Below are positions 38,201 through 51,679 of a stretch of DNA of 64,000 nt, piece after piece. Each line of letters opens with the position of its first letter. Positions within the stretch are counted from its first letter, which is position 1. A model generated the notes under the pieces. The model had not been told where the DNA came from and did no database searches. It saw only the letters and a program-made list of their open reading frames with translations. Source of the DNA: Octopus sinensis (taxonomy: Eukaryota). The DNA is taken from contig NC_043002.1 in the NCBI RefSeq assembly GCF_006345805.1, forward strand, positions 1,116,001 to 1,180,000. The letters are read 5' to 3'. The position numbers were made by a program, and so were the translations under genes.

Positions 38201-39795
38201 ATTTTAGAAAACTGGATTCCTGGCAGATGTGGAAGGCAGAAAAGCCTTTTCTTGGTTCTCGTCTAAAAGCAGAAACAGGGTTTTGAAATTTCTCAAACAT
38301 AAACCACAAAGATGAAACGAGTAGTTATTGCATTATGTAGGACATGTGTCAGGAAGCATTCTATGAAACATCGCGCAAAGTCTAAAAGTAAGGATGAGAT
38401 AAGTTTTACCGTAAAATAGTGGAAAAACTTCCAAAAGCTATCATTGACGATATGCCTCGATCTATAAAATTAGAGCTGTGACACTTGTATTTGGTGTGTT
38501 CTTCAACAATGTTTATTCCTCTTCAGTTGAAGCTTCGAGTAATTAATGTTAATGAACTTGTCACATTCAATGTAAGCGCTTTACTATTTGATTTTCTTTA
38601 TGGACGCAGGGACGCCCCACGCTCTTTATATTGCTTTCGGTTTTACCCACCAACATTCTATAAGCTATGCATTTACCTAGGTTTCTTTCTCTCTCCAGTG
38701 ATTTATCAAATCTGTCATTGAATATGCTTTACTGAGATGGTATAAACTATCTTTTTAGTTTTAAAAGCCTCGTATGATTTTATTGATAATTTCTACTCTG
38801 ATTTTTATGCGAATTACAAAAATCGCAGCCATTATTTTCAGAAATTATTGGCTAATTTTTAGTCAGTCATATCCATTCATGTTCTTCAATATCATGGAAA
38901 ACGATATATGATTTTGTGTTTAACTTTATTTTCTCAAAATGTGATTACGTCAATTACAACAAATTGCAACTTTGTTTTGGAAAAATTTAATGAAAATTAC
39001 AAAGATTTTGAAGGTAAAAACGTGGATTTTTCTCAAAATATGATACAATATGTTAGAATGTTTTCTAACCGTAACTGTATTTAAGGCAATAACTACTCGC
39101 TTTATTATTTATGATTTATACTCGGCAAATTTAAAAGCATAGTTTCTGCTTTTGCCTAAATAAATTAGAGATGAAAGAAAAAATAACGTATGCAATAAAA
39201 ATTTGCGTCACAAATTCTAACCCTCAACCATAATCCGTAACCCTAAATCCTAACCTCGAACTCTAACCTCAACCCTAACCACAAGATGGTTTCAACTGGT
39301 TGCTATGAGAACATAAAAAATGTCTGCTAGACAGGATGTCAAGAATGGATAAAGATGATTGGTTAAACTTATAAAAAATTCAAATCATTAAAAATTAAGC
39401 AACTTTTTAATTATCTCAAAATGTAATTAGCACGAAGTCTGCAATTAGCATGGAAAACAAAGTGTGTCGAAACTCGAGAAAATTGGAAACGGTAAGCGAA
39501 ATTGAACATTTTTCACGTTTGTCTCAAAAGTTTGACGATTCGGTCCCTATTTACATTAACAATTTTTATCATTTTAATTGAGACTCTGGGAATTGAACTC
39601 GTGACTTAAGAAAGGGTGATAAGAACTGTTGAATTATGTTTAATGAAAGAAAATCATAACACAACGATTTCTTCTCTAAGTATGAGTTAACTTTAGATAT
39701 TTGTATTCAAGGTTTCTAGAATCATAAAACATTTTGTGATGTCAGAAAATAAGCTGCAGATGGCTTCATCAAACTACATATAATAATTATAATAA

Positions 39796-41239
39796 CTAAT
39801 TGGACCCGTGGAAAAATTCACGGATAATTTAAATATCGTCCAATGAATAGCTATCATTTAATTAGAATTGTTTAATTTGCACTATTTTGGTTAATGAAAA
39901 ATTCTATTATCCTTTGTTATATTTATTAATAATATAAGTATATAAAAAGTTATTGTGTGAAATACACTCGTTACAGCCCTTCCCGATGTACAATGTTTCT
40001 AGTGTAGGGGGTTCCCCTTCTGCGACCAAAAGTGGATTCGTTTTGAGGGCATTTTAACCCTGACGCTGTTCATCGCCCTTGCTCTTGGAAAAGCTACATA
40101 AAGCTAGCCATGAGTGAAGGATGGCTGTGGCAAGTGTATGCCAACTCTATCGAATGTTTGCCCCTGTGCTTTATTGATAGTCATAGAATAAGATAGACAA
40201 ACCGGGAACTGGGTCCGATGAAGAACGAATGGAATGTTTGCATCGCTTGGAGTTAGTTTAATTCTTGGAATCAGTTCTCTCGTGTGAGAATGGGATCCAC
40301 TTATATTTGATGCTTCGATGCTATCTCGTGGAGCTGAGTTCCGTTGATAGACCTTGTGTTATAGAGAGGTTTCTAAGAAGCATAATAATTACTCCAAGTT
40401 TCAAGTTAAGGCGATGGGGGAGGCATTCTAGAAGGTGTAAGAGAGTTTATTAACTCCATGGGACAATTCTGGGTTGCTTCTTCATTATCAGAAGTTTCTG
40501 AGTCGGTGCTTAGATATGTCTTAGTTTCAGGGGCCAATCCACTTAGAATTTCTTCATTTACTGCTAAGCAGTGCGAATTTTTAGGGGATAAGATTATTCT
40601 ATTTTCCATTTCTTCTGCTGTACAATTGTCAAATATATCAGATACCAAAGAATAGTTACATATGCATGCCTCAGGAATACCAATAGTATCTTCTGCGAGA
40701 TTATCAATAGAGCTTTGAAGAATTCTACTTCCACGTTGTAATAGCCACCTCGAAAAATCTTGTTCATTTGCATTTGTTCTCATGTTTTGCGTAAGTTGCA
40801 TTTGATGAAAATTATCCCACATAGAGGAACGTTTGAGGCAGGCAGGAGGAGCTCTGGGAAAAACTGGAACAACTTATCTAAAATATCTTCCTAGTACGAT
40901 AATTTTCCCACCAAATATACTTTTACTATTTTCATAATATCTCTTAAACAATTGTCTACAGCTTCTAAAGCATAAACTGGGATCATTGAAGCTTCGTCAA
41001 TAATGAAGACTTTTACTCGCCTAAGAATGTTTCCTTGATCAGAATTTGGTGGAACATTGCACACACTTGTTTCACCCAAAAGAACTGGAAGCTTGAATAT
41101 ACTGTGAAGAGTTTTACCTCTTTTCAAGAGTGTTGTAGCAACGCCAGGCCAGGAGCCAAAGGTAATAACACGAATCTAAACCTGACTTATCTCCCTTAGC
41201 AAGACAAACACAGACGGTGCAAGCGTATAAATATATAGA
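39796..41239 (-). mobile_element. Internally deleted Helitron with Pif1-type helicase pseudogene
   Basis: 5' A|TCTATATATTTATACGC; TLHSIFKLP..IIDEASM..LTQNMR..ILSPKN..MLLRNL..QFPVCLSYSMTINKAQGQTFDRVG..HG*LYVA; hairpin CCGTGAA..CACGG, then TTAG|T. Confidence 0.92.
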
Positions 41240-41240
41240 T

Positions 41241-41444
41241 CCTTTCTATTGTAGGAACAAAATCTGGAATTTTGGCGAAGGGAATAGTCGATTTCAACGA
41301 CCCTTGGACCTGACTGGTAATTTATCAACTCCGAAAGGATGAAAAACAAAGATGACTTTAATGGAATCTGAACTCAAAACGCAAACACGGACGATTGCCG
41401 CTATACATTTTGCACGGTGCTAACGGTTCTGCCGGTTGGCCACC
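41241..41444 (-). mobile_element. SINE family 1 whose (AAT)n tail is split by the Helitron
   Basis: Head, core and tail A. Confidence 0.8.
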
Positions 41445-41459
41445 GAAACAACAGCAATA

Positions 41460-42032
41460 ATTCTTTCCCATAAAGGCACAAAACCTGAAATTTGTGTGGA
41501 GGAAAATAGTCGATCATACTTAATTTATCGACCCCGAAAGGATGAATGGCAAAGTCGACCCCAGAACGTAAAAACGGACGAAATGCCGTTAAGCATTTTG
41601 TCCGGCGTGCTAATGGTTCAGCCAGCTCGCCGCCTTCAAATGATCCGATCTACACAAGACCTGACATTTTGGGGAGAGGACAAGGCGATTACATCGATGC
41701 CAGAGTCTCACTGCTACTTCGATTATTAACCCCGAAAGGATGAATGGCAAAGTCGACCCCAGAACGTAAAAACGGACGAAATGCCGTTAAGCATTTTGTC
41801 CGGCGTGCTAATGGTTCAGCCAGCTCGCCGCCTTCAAATGATCCGATCTACACAAGACCTGACATTTTGGGGAGAGGACAAGGCGATTACATCGATGCCA
41901 GAGTCTCACTGCTACTTCGATTATTAACCCCGAAAGGATGAAATGCAAAGTCGACCTCGGCGGAATTTCAACTTAGAACGTAAAGACGGACGAAATGCTC
42001 AACGTGCTAATGATTCTACCAACCCGCTGCCT
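41460..42032 (-). mobile_element. SINE family 1 tandem array including an exact 198-bp duplication
   Basis: Period-198 identity over 41531-41942; two identical 65-aa ORFs in the track. Confidence 0.9.
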
Positions 42033-42197
42033 TACTACTACTACTACTGATAATAATAATAATAATAATAATAACAATAATAAAAACGCTTTCAATACAG
42101 TAACCATCAGAGCATCACAACAAACCACAGCACATACCCAAGGCACAGAGAGCTGCGCTCGGTAGTGAAGTGAAAGCATGCTATAAAAATAAAACTA

Positions 42198-42244
<47 letters not shown>

Positions 42245-42245
<1 letters not shown>

Positions 42246-42568
42246 GGGCATATTGGAACAGATGAATTCAATATCAGAAAATTGGTAACAAATCTTTAAT
42301 AGAAGAGAAAATATTCCTGAGAAGCAAACACTAATTAAATTTGCAGATTAATTGAGAGACAAACAAACTGAACTATTAACAATACAAACGCTTATGTTGA
42401 ACAAAGAGGAATTCGGAGGTGAAAATCATAAAAGTAGACAGAATCTGATTGAACGGAATCGCAAGGTAAGGTAAAAGAGTATTACGTAAAATTAAAACTG
42501 AGATTAGAGAAACAAATAACTTAATTAATGGATGTGAAGATTATGTTAGTCAAAACTGAGAATGAGAG

Positions 42569-42603
<35 letters not shown>

Positions 42604-42800
42604 GAGAGAGAGAGAGAGAGCTGAATGAAAGCCGAAGAAAAGAGGTTCGAGAATAACACAAAAGATTTGTCTAAACAAATATAATCATCAAAGTAAATAA
42701 AACGGAAGTTAAACCTGTAAGAAAATAGTTAAAACTTGAAAGGAAGTACAAAGTAAATCGCAAAAGACTTATAAACAGATTTGGAAGAGTTTAGTAGAGC
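42245..42800 (+). mobile_element. R4/Dong-type N-terminal remnant after (AAT)n
   Basis: KTEIRETNNLING..KDLSK..KLERKYKV. Follows the (AAT)n tract at 42201-42243. Confidence 0.55.
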
Positions 42801-43459
42801 AGTTTTGTCGAGACTCTCGCTCTTTCACACACTGGCGGAATCGTGTGTTCTATAGAATATCCAAAAATTATAGCGTCAGTTCGTAAAAGGAAATTATCCT
42901 CATACATTACATTATGTACAAAATCAAACATTTGGAATGACAGCAATACTGGTACTAAATTGATTCAAAGTTTCTGCTTAAATATTGGTAGTGATAGCAT
43001 TGAAGCTGTTGGTATAATTAGAACGGCAAAACCCTGGTGGAAGGAATATAGTAGTTCTTATATTTATTATCAAAGTCTATATCGGAAGTTGTCGAAAGAA
43101 TCAGAGATGAGAGTATCGGAGGCGGAGACAACGTGTATTTAATTAGTCTGAGACAATCGAAAGTTAAATGGCATGAAAATATTTGATTCAGAGCATAAAA
43201 AATGTTTAACTAGAAATATGTGTTGGAAATACAGATTAACTCGACTGAATAATATTTCAACCTTTTTATGAAGTGTGAGACGTGACATGTTTCGATCTCA
43301 TGAAACATTCACAGCGAATTACTGACTTCAATATTTAAAAAAAGGTTTAGGCTCAAACCTTGTGTTTTTGAGGAAAGATGCTTATCTTATGAAGTTGACC
43401 CCAGTACATGACTGATACTTTAATGGCAAAGTTGACATCAGTGGCATTTTAATTCAGAT

Positions 43460-43905
43460 CATACGATTAATAGATGGAAGTGGTTACAAGAAGCGACACG
43501 AAACAGAAGCTTTGATATGCACATGAACAAACAATAAAAACGAACCGGTATTACAGAATTAACTATTCTACAGAATCTGACAAATGCAGAACGTGTGGTG
43601 ATACTAGAGACTGTGTGACATATTTTAAGCAAACGCAAAACATTGGCCCAGAGAAAATATAAAAGAAGGCAAGGCAATGTTGCTAGAGTGATTCACTGAG
43701 AACTATGTAAAAAGTTTGGGTTTGAAAATGTGAGAAAATGGTATGAGCGTGAGATAAATGGTGTGGCAGAAAATAACAGAGCAAAGACGCTTTGAAATGT
43801 CATGATTGAATGGGATCACGAAAATTGAAGTTTGAAAACTCGACATTGTGTTGGTAGACTATGAAGAGAAATTGAGCCTGATCCTACACATCCGTTGTCC
43901 TGGAG
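43460..43905 (+). mobile_element. R4/Dong-type CCHC/RLE remnant
   Basis: WKWLQ..ETEALIC..EQTIKTN..DKCRTCG..HILS..LAQRKYKRR..VARVIH*ELCKKFG..KWYE..LDIVLVD. Confidence 0.82.
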
Positions 43906-44007
43906 CAAAGTCTTCGAGATTGGACGAAACATAATTCCTTAGTTCACAGGAAGTGAACAGCTGATACATTAATGACATCTGCAGCAACAATCTATGTCAG
44001 ATGATAA

Positions 44008-44208
44008 TAATCCTTTCTACTGTAGGCACAAAGCCTGAAATTTTTGGGGAAGGGTTTCAGTCGATTACATAGACCCCCAGTGTTTCACTGGTACTTGAAT
44101 TATCAACCTCGAAAGTATGAAAGGCAAAGTCGACCTTGTCAGAATTTGAACTCAGAACGTAGCGGTATTTCGCCTGGTGTGCTAACGGTTTTACCAAATC
44201 GCCGTCTT
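44008..44208 (-). mobile_element. SINE family 1
   Basis: Head, core and tail A between (AAT)n tracts. Confidence 0.85.
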
Positions 44209-44614
44209 AGATAATAATAATCTTATAATAATTCTGCATGTCATTTCATTAATTAGCTGGTCGGTAACGTTTTCCCGTTATTAGAGAAAAAGAGGGAGAA
44301 AGAAAAGCGGGAGAGAGAAAAAGATGGAGAGAGAAGCATCCATGGATGTGGTAGGCGGAACATAATATTTATTACGTGGTTAAAAAAAGTTAGTTGAAGG
44401 CAGTGATATAGAGGATAATTAAGAATATAATTTTAGCAGAGGAGTGATGTTCTGATGGCGAGACTAAAGAAAGGTAGAGAGGGAGAGAAAGAAAAAAGAT
44501 TGAAAGAGAGAGAAAAGGAGAGAGAGAGAGAGATGATGGTGGTGATGGTGGCGATGGTGAGTGCATAGTGAAAAATAATTTTTATTAATTGAAGTGTTTT
44601 ATATCACTTATCAG

Positions 44615-44835
44615 AGCGCATGCGTATCCAAAACTTGCCATTCACTTTAGAAAGAAACCAGTTTCATGTTTGCCTGTCATATACAATGACTATCAATAAA
44701 TCACAAGGGCAGACATTTGATAAAGTGGGGCTGTTCTTGCCTGAACCTGTATTCGGCCACGGTCAGCTATATGTTGCATTCTCAAGGGCTCGCAAATTAT
44801 CTGATGTGAGAGTTATAAAGTTATCAACACTGACA
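44615..44835 (+). mobile_element. Helitron Pif1 helicase C-terminal fragment
   Basis: LPFTLERNQFHVCLSYTMTINKSQGQTFDKVGLFLPEPVFGHGQLYVAFSR. Confidence 0.9.
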
Positions 44836-45239
44836 TAAAGGGAAAAGAAGAGGGAGAACTTGCACAAAGAACAGTTTGCAAAGAAATATTGGATTGAAAG
44901 GTGTACGCAAATTGAAATGTGTATTAAACTCCTTTAAAAGGCTTCCCCCAGCATGGCTACATTCCAATGGCCAAAAAGAGCGATAAAAGAAAATTATTAG
45001 GTTTTTAAACATTTTGAAATACCGACGACAGGACTGAGCTTCTACGTCGTTGTTTGAAATGTTAGGAATAACAGTCAAATCTCTATCAAATTGCTTAAAA
45101 ACGGAGGGAAACGTAGAATAACGTAGTCAACATTTTGATTATTGCTGGAACGTTTTTGATTCTAAAGCTCTTCGATAAGAGTTGACAGGGAATTAAACAC
45201 AGTCACAACTGCTGAATTCATTGCTCAATAAAATAATTA

Positions 45240-45447
45240 TTTCAAATTTTTGCCATAAGGGCAGCTTGTGGGAGGTGGGAATGAGTCGATTACATAGACC
45301 CCAGTGCTTAGCTGGTATTTAATTCATCGACTCAACAGGATGAAACGTAAAGTTGACCTCGATGGAACTTGAACTTGGAGCGTAAAGGCGAAAAATACCG
45401 CAAAGCATTTTGTCCGACCCGGCCACGATTCGGTCGGCTTGCCGTCT
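45240..45447 (-). mobile_element. SINE family 1 (tail C)
   Basis: Core and head recognisable. Confidence 0.78.
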
Positions 45448-45701
45448 AAACAACAACAACAACAACAATACTATATCAATTACATTAAGTAAACTGTATC
45501 GCTAGTTTACCAGAATTTGAATTTTGCTCAGACAAGAGAAATTTCTGACACAAAACATTAAGTTCTGTTGACGAACGACATTATATGATAGTTGCCATAT
45601 TGTATCCCTGATAAACACACCTCTCGGGTTTGAATATCCAGGTTGCTATCAACGAAATGACAGGTTAGGGTGTCATTCTTGAAACAGTGTTAAGTGTAAA
45701 T

Positions 45702-45864
45702 GGCGCAGGCATGGCTGTACAATTTAGAAGTTTGTTGCCCAGTTATGTAGCTTCCAGTTCAATCCCACTACGTGGCATCTTGGTCTATAACCCCGGGTCG
45801 ACCAATGCCTTATGAGCGAATTTGATTCACATAAGCTGTCTAGAGACCACCCTATATATATATA

Positions 45865-45934
<70 letters not shown>

Positions 45935-46060
45935 CATCACACACACATACAAATATGTTTGTGTATATCTTTGTGTCTGTCTCACGGCGTTTGTTTACGG
46001 TCCCGTAATTTAGCATTTCGGTGACATGTATACAGACACAAAAGGAATGTGATAGAAAAT
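45702..46060 (+). mobile_element. SINE family 2 with expanded internal (TA)n
   Basis: GGCGCAGGCATGGCTGT..GTTCAATCCCACT..(TA)n..TTTACGGTCCCGTAATTTAGC. Confidence 0.75.
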
Positions 46061-46980
46061 GAAAAGTAATTTGTGGCAAAAATTAAGTTTCAGGTTAAAC
46101 ACTTGAAATTTCAACCTCTAGAATACTGTTGCTGACACTACATTTCAAGATATTTAAGATGGCGGCTTTATTTTGTTTCTCGTCAAAAAACAACAGAAAA
46201 CAAACATATAACCAAAAAAAACCCAGCAAAAAAGCTAAAAACAATTTCACATATCTATGTCGTTAATATCCCCGAAAAACCTATTAGTGCCAGAGAATTT
46301 AATTTCTCTCATAAAATATTTTCATAAGTTGCTTTTATAAATTCGTAAATCGTACCATGAAAAAAGCACATTCTTTGGTTGATAGAATTAAAACAAGGTT
46401 TTAGTAAAATCTAAAAAAAAAAATTGTAACAAAATAGCGACTTCATTTTATAGAGTAAAATAGTTAAGAGTTTGCAACAAATAAAATATAAAAATAGAGA
46501 CTGCTTAGTTTGAATGCTTGTCAAATGCCAAGTGTTACCACATCAGTTTGTTAATAATGCACTGTTCGATTGATGGATTTTTGGCTAAGATCGATACATT
46601 TTGAGTACACTTAGTATGAAAGCGAGTAGATTTGACCTGTTAAATCGCAGAGTACTTATTACTCAGCAAATTATAACGATATAATCCAATACAAATGATT
46701 TAAAAATAATATTGATACGATCAGAATTTGAACCACGAATGTAAAAGAATGAAGTTTTATTCGATAAGGAATTAAGTCTAGTAATATTCGATGATGATTA
46801 AATCTTCCAAATGGAGTTATTGGAATATCGAGGAGGTTTTGGTCTTTTCGTCGCTGACTTATTTCATCTTGTCTTCTTCAGCCCAATTGCAATCTGTTCC
46901 TAACCTTAACCTCTGTATTAGTAACAAATTCCTGTTGCCGTAAAACATTCGATATTTTAGAATAACCTGATTTTGAAAAT

Positions 46981-47652
46981 ACAGGGTGCGGAAGATATTT
47001 GAGGACAGATTTATATTTATGATAGTGTGATAGTGCACAGTCTTACTGGAACACATACGGCCTTCCACTGCATACACTGTCTATCCAGGGCTTAACAATT
47101 ATTTCCAGGACCTCAATGTAGGCGGCAGAGTTAACTCTAAGGCCTTGTGGAAAGAAGGAGGCATCACATGTCCATTGCTGACAACCCCTAAAACCAAGGC
47201 AGTTGCAGGAAATTTTGTATGCATAACACTTGGAACTTCAGAAGAGTCTGCACATAACCATCTGTCATTTCTTCAGTTAACTTTTTGATCTTGGTTGACG
47301 TTTTTCTTGTTTGAGAAAAACAAAATCAAATCTTCTGCTGGATTTTTCAGCTTACCATATAAGATATAGCTGACGTCTTCATGGATAGCATTTCTGACTG
47401 TTCTTTCTGACACATGGAGATCTTTTGAATTTGGCCTCATGGACTTTCTGGGATTGTAATCAATGGTCTGTTGAAATTGTTGGATAAATTCATGTGTTCT
47501 ACTGATTTCAGAACGTTTAAAATGTTTTTTTATGCTTTGATACTGGTGATACGTTTCCATCTTCAGTCTCTAGCTCCTTACCAACTTTGGAAACGAAAAG
47601 GTCTGGCAACTTTTAAAAATCGATATATTTCTAAATATCTAGCTCAGCCTTT
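46981..47652 (-). mobile_element. maT/DD37D-type transposon relic, internally deleted
   Basis: FFSNKKN.NQDQKVN*RNDRWLC..VMHTKFPAT..LGVVSN..MPP..FPQGLRVNSAAYIEVLE..VKPWI..RPYVFQ*D. Confidence 0.82.
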
Positions 47653-47974
47653 ATAACCACAAGAACAGCATGCCTCTTCATTTCTTGTGTAAGCTAAGGG
47701 TCTGCCATTATTATTTTCTGAAACAAAGATTATACAGAGTTAGCAAAAATGAGGCAATGACCCCCAAAAGGTATATCCTCAAATACATTAAGTACCTTGT
47801 AGTGTAAAATCTCAAGACGTTGGCATGGTTAAGAAGTACGCTTCGCAATCGCCTGAATTCAGGTTCAGTTCTACTGCGCAGTATTTTGATCAAGTGGATT
47901 TTATTATGGACCAGGGCCGATCAGTGCCTTGTAAATGTATTTGATTGAAAAAAGCTATATAGAAGTCCATCATT

Positions 47975-48263
47975 TACACACGCACATACACATACACATG
48001 CACACATCCATACATACATGCATGCATACATACACACACACACATACACACATACATACATGCATACACACAGACATACATACACATACATACATACACA
48101 CACACATATACACACACATACATATATACACGTATATACATACATATACATAGATATATATATATACATATACACACGTATATACATACATATACACACG
48201 TAAACACATACATATACGTATATATACACACACATATATATATACTTATATATATATATATAT
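47975..48263. repeat. Compound (CA)/(TACA)/(TA) microsatellite
   Basis: Direct reading. Confidence 0.9.
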
Positions 48264-48759
48264 CTCAATAGTAATATTACATAACTAAATGACTCAGAGA
48301 TTTAGAAATGCATTATTTCTATTTTCGGAATCAGTGAATGTATTACGCATGAAAGATATGTTTTCAGAGGCGAATAAGCATCGACGGTCAGCAAGCCATG
48401 CCACTGCAGACTGATGATGTGTAATGACTTTGAAACTAGTCTCTGGAAGCTGGCTTTGCTGGGTGAAGGTGCTTATCTCCTTTCAAAACTTAAGGACACA
48501 GGAAATGTGTCACATGGCCAGCTGGACACGGTGTTTCTTAGGTTAAATAGCAGTAGCATTCTTCCCTTTCATGGGACTGTCACATTAAGTTGGCAACATA
48601 CCATCACTTTATATACATACACATATATATATACATACACATATATACACATACATATACATACATACATATATACACATACATACATATATACACATAC
48701 ATATACATACATATATACACATACATGCATATATACAGTGAGAATTTACAAAAAAAAAA

Positions 48760-48880
48760 GCAAAAGACGAAGAACACCAAAACGATTTATTCGTTTAACG
48801 CTCGGGAGGTGAGAATGATTTATGTTTCGAGCCTTCGCTCTTCAACAGAAAGGAACACAGAAATAAACAGGAAGAGAAAC
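48760..48880 (-). mobile_element. Short Penelope-like terminal repeat family with hammerhead-like motif
   Basis: Minus TCTGTTGAAGAGCGAAGGCTCGAAAC. Homolog on plus at 60775-60910; degraded copy at 50250-50390. Confidence 0.5.
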
Positions 48881-50634
48881 ATTTATATTGAAGGGAAGAG
48901 TTGGCTAAGGCCCAAACATTGCAAGAAAGTATAAAGTAAATTACAAAAAAAAAAAAGAAAGGTTACTCAGATGTATTGGGGAAGAAGGCGACACGCGCAG
49001 AATAATGTTGCTATGGTTATCAGTCAGCTTCAAGCAGATTCATTTCGTTTCTTTTTATTGCTCACCCCAGTTTTCTGAAATCCTGGATCTATCCATTAGG
49101 GTAACTCAGCACAACAAAGGCAATCTCAATCATGGAGGCCCTCCTTATCAGGGTATATGCAGCAAGGCCACACAACTTAACAGAAGCAATATCAGAACCA
49201 GGAAGACTTTCCTCACCAACAAATTGAGAGCAGCCATAAACAACAAAAAAGAACTGTATGAAGCACCAGTCTGCGTTGGTCATCTTCCTCCCACACACAT
49301 CTGAGCAGCCATCTCTATTTTCATCCTCCACTTTTCCACACACACAATTTAGAATACGTAATTAGAGTAGCAAATTTAAGCTAGGTTTGATAAGTCATTT
49401 CACTAGATTTCGGTTGATGAAAACCGGAACAATCATACCTATACCTGTAACAATAATAACATCAATAACTGCATTAAAGGATTGAGTAGACACTTATGGG
49501 ACAAGTAAACCTCTTTTCTGAAAACAGAATTCTGTTATTTTGTTTTCATCACATTTTAATTAAACATGCATCTCTTGATTCGAAAGAATTTATCCTGGGT
49601 AAGGAGTGGAATATCTTTCTGAAAATATTAACCAAGATAAGCATTTGTCAAAAGAACATAAGCGTCGACATAATACGCACTAAATAACAACAGCGTCACA
49701 TGATGGAAATGACATGGCTGTATCAAATTAATCCCATGTTTTTTTTTCAATTTCTTGGGCTAAAAATATACTGAAGAACAAGTGAAACTAAAATCCGAGG
49801 GCAGCGTAACTGGTTAGGAAATGTGATTAGCATTCTGCGAAAAACGTTTTGCTTACAACATGCACTAAAATATACTCTTAAACTTTACAGGAAACCTTTT
49901 TACTAAAAGGAAACTTTTTCAGTTAAGTCTTTTGTGTGAAACTGACCTTGTGAAAACATATTCATATTTTTAAACTAAGGCCTTTAAATGCAACACAAGT
50001 TTGTATTATTATTTTCATTTATATAATAGAAATATTCGCCGTTTTCTTTAAAAAACAAAACTTGTATATAAATATATATATTTTTTGTCAGGTAGTAATA
50101 TTACTCCTTAAAGAAATTCTTTCGAATCGAGAGGGATGTTTAATTAAAATGTGATGAAAACAAAATAACATTTCTATTTTCACTAAAGAGGTTTACCTGT
50201 CCCAGAAGTGTCTACTCAAAATATAGATTGATTGATAGATAGATATGTATATATATTAGCGTGAAGGTGAAGAAGAACCAACACAATGACAAGGTTAAAA
50301 ATTGAGCACAGAGTTGGTATCAGTTTCATGGTCAGGAAATTGGAAAAAAGGAAAGGTCTTTAACGCTTCGACGCAAGAAATAGAAGCGTACGCATATTAG
50401 TCACACACACACACACATATATATTCGTGATTTGTACCATGTACAGGGAAAAATGGATTGGTTATTCACTTATTTAGTCTTAATACGGTTAGACAGGTTA
50501 TGACACAAAACATGCCGGTCGCTGTAGCGTGCGCCATAGAAGTTATTTTATGACGTACGCTACTATAAACCGCATAGTTTGCATTTAAACCTGTCTGTAC
50601 GTATTAATAAATATGTGAACGACAATGTCCGTGT

Positions 50635-50693
50635 GTATATATATATATAAATATATATATTATATAAAATATATATATAATATATAATTATAT

Positions 50694-50728
<35 letters not shown>

Positions 50729-50805
50729 AAATATATATATATAAATATATATATATAAATAATATATATTAAATATATAATATAAATATATATATATAAT
50801 ATAAT

Positions 50806-50838
<33 letters not shown>

Positions 50839-51025
50839 ATATATATATATATATATAATATATATAAATATATATATATATATAATATATATATATATAT
50901 AATATATATATATATAAATATATATATATATAAAATATTATATATATATAAATAATATATATATAAAATATATATAATATTATATAAAATATATATATAT
51001 ATAATAATATATATATATATATATA
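50635..51025. repeat. Long degenerate (TA)n array
   Basis: Direct reading. Confidence 0.95.
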
Positions 51026-51408
51026 TGCCCAAATGATGTTGGCATCACACCTTAAGGTACATCCAAGGCTTGGGCCCCGTGCCATCCGCCCAAAACAAAA
51101 ATCGCACTCTCATCTCATAACAACAATACGCACAATTATTTCACCTCAATTGCCCCGCTCTCTTTAACATTACACCAAAACACATTAAAACAGACTGACC
51201 CTATAGGGTTCAAGAAGTCTTTGGACAGATTCCTTCAAGAAATCCCGGATAAACCCCCTACACCCGGATATGTCTCTGTAAACAATAACTCTCTACTTGA
51301 GTGGGCCATAGTGCCCAAATTCTGACTTGAAAGACTTCACCAGGTGGTGCTATTAAGTTAGACATGGCCTGGGCCATAATGGCCGAAACCTATCAAAGTA
51401 TCAAAGTA
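51026..51408 (+). mobile_element. CR1-type LINE 3' end with (ATCAAAGT) tail, embedded in a TA array
   Basis: PNDVGI..HPRLG..LFNITPKHIK..FKKSLDRFLQEIPDKPPTPGY..NNSLLEW..*, a short 3' UTR and a tandem 8-mer tail. Confidence 0.8.
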
Positions 51409-51411
51409 TAT

Positions 51412-51464
<53 letters not shown>

Positions 51465-51465
51465 C

Positions 51466-51497
<32 letters not shown>

Positions 51498-51602
51498 TAA
51501 TATAATATATATATATATATATAATATATATATATATAAATATATAATATATATATAAATATATATATATATATAAATTATATATATATATATAATATAT
51601 AA

Positions 51603-51679
<77 letters not shown>

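Noticed and set aside
39216-39282. TAACCC-like repeats as an interstitial telomere
   Set aside because: Short and very degenerate; such tracts are common inside DNA transposon relics.
40406-41127. Host PIF1 gene
   Set aside because: Intronless, with stops and frameshifts, and enclosed by Helitron termini.
49060-49200. GIY-YIG-like words (EILD, IMEALLIR)
   Set aside because: The matches are short and in different frames; insufficient to annotate.
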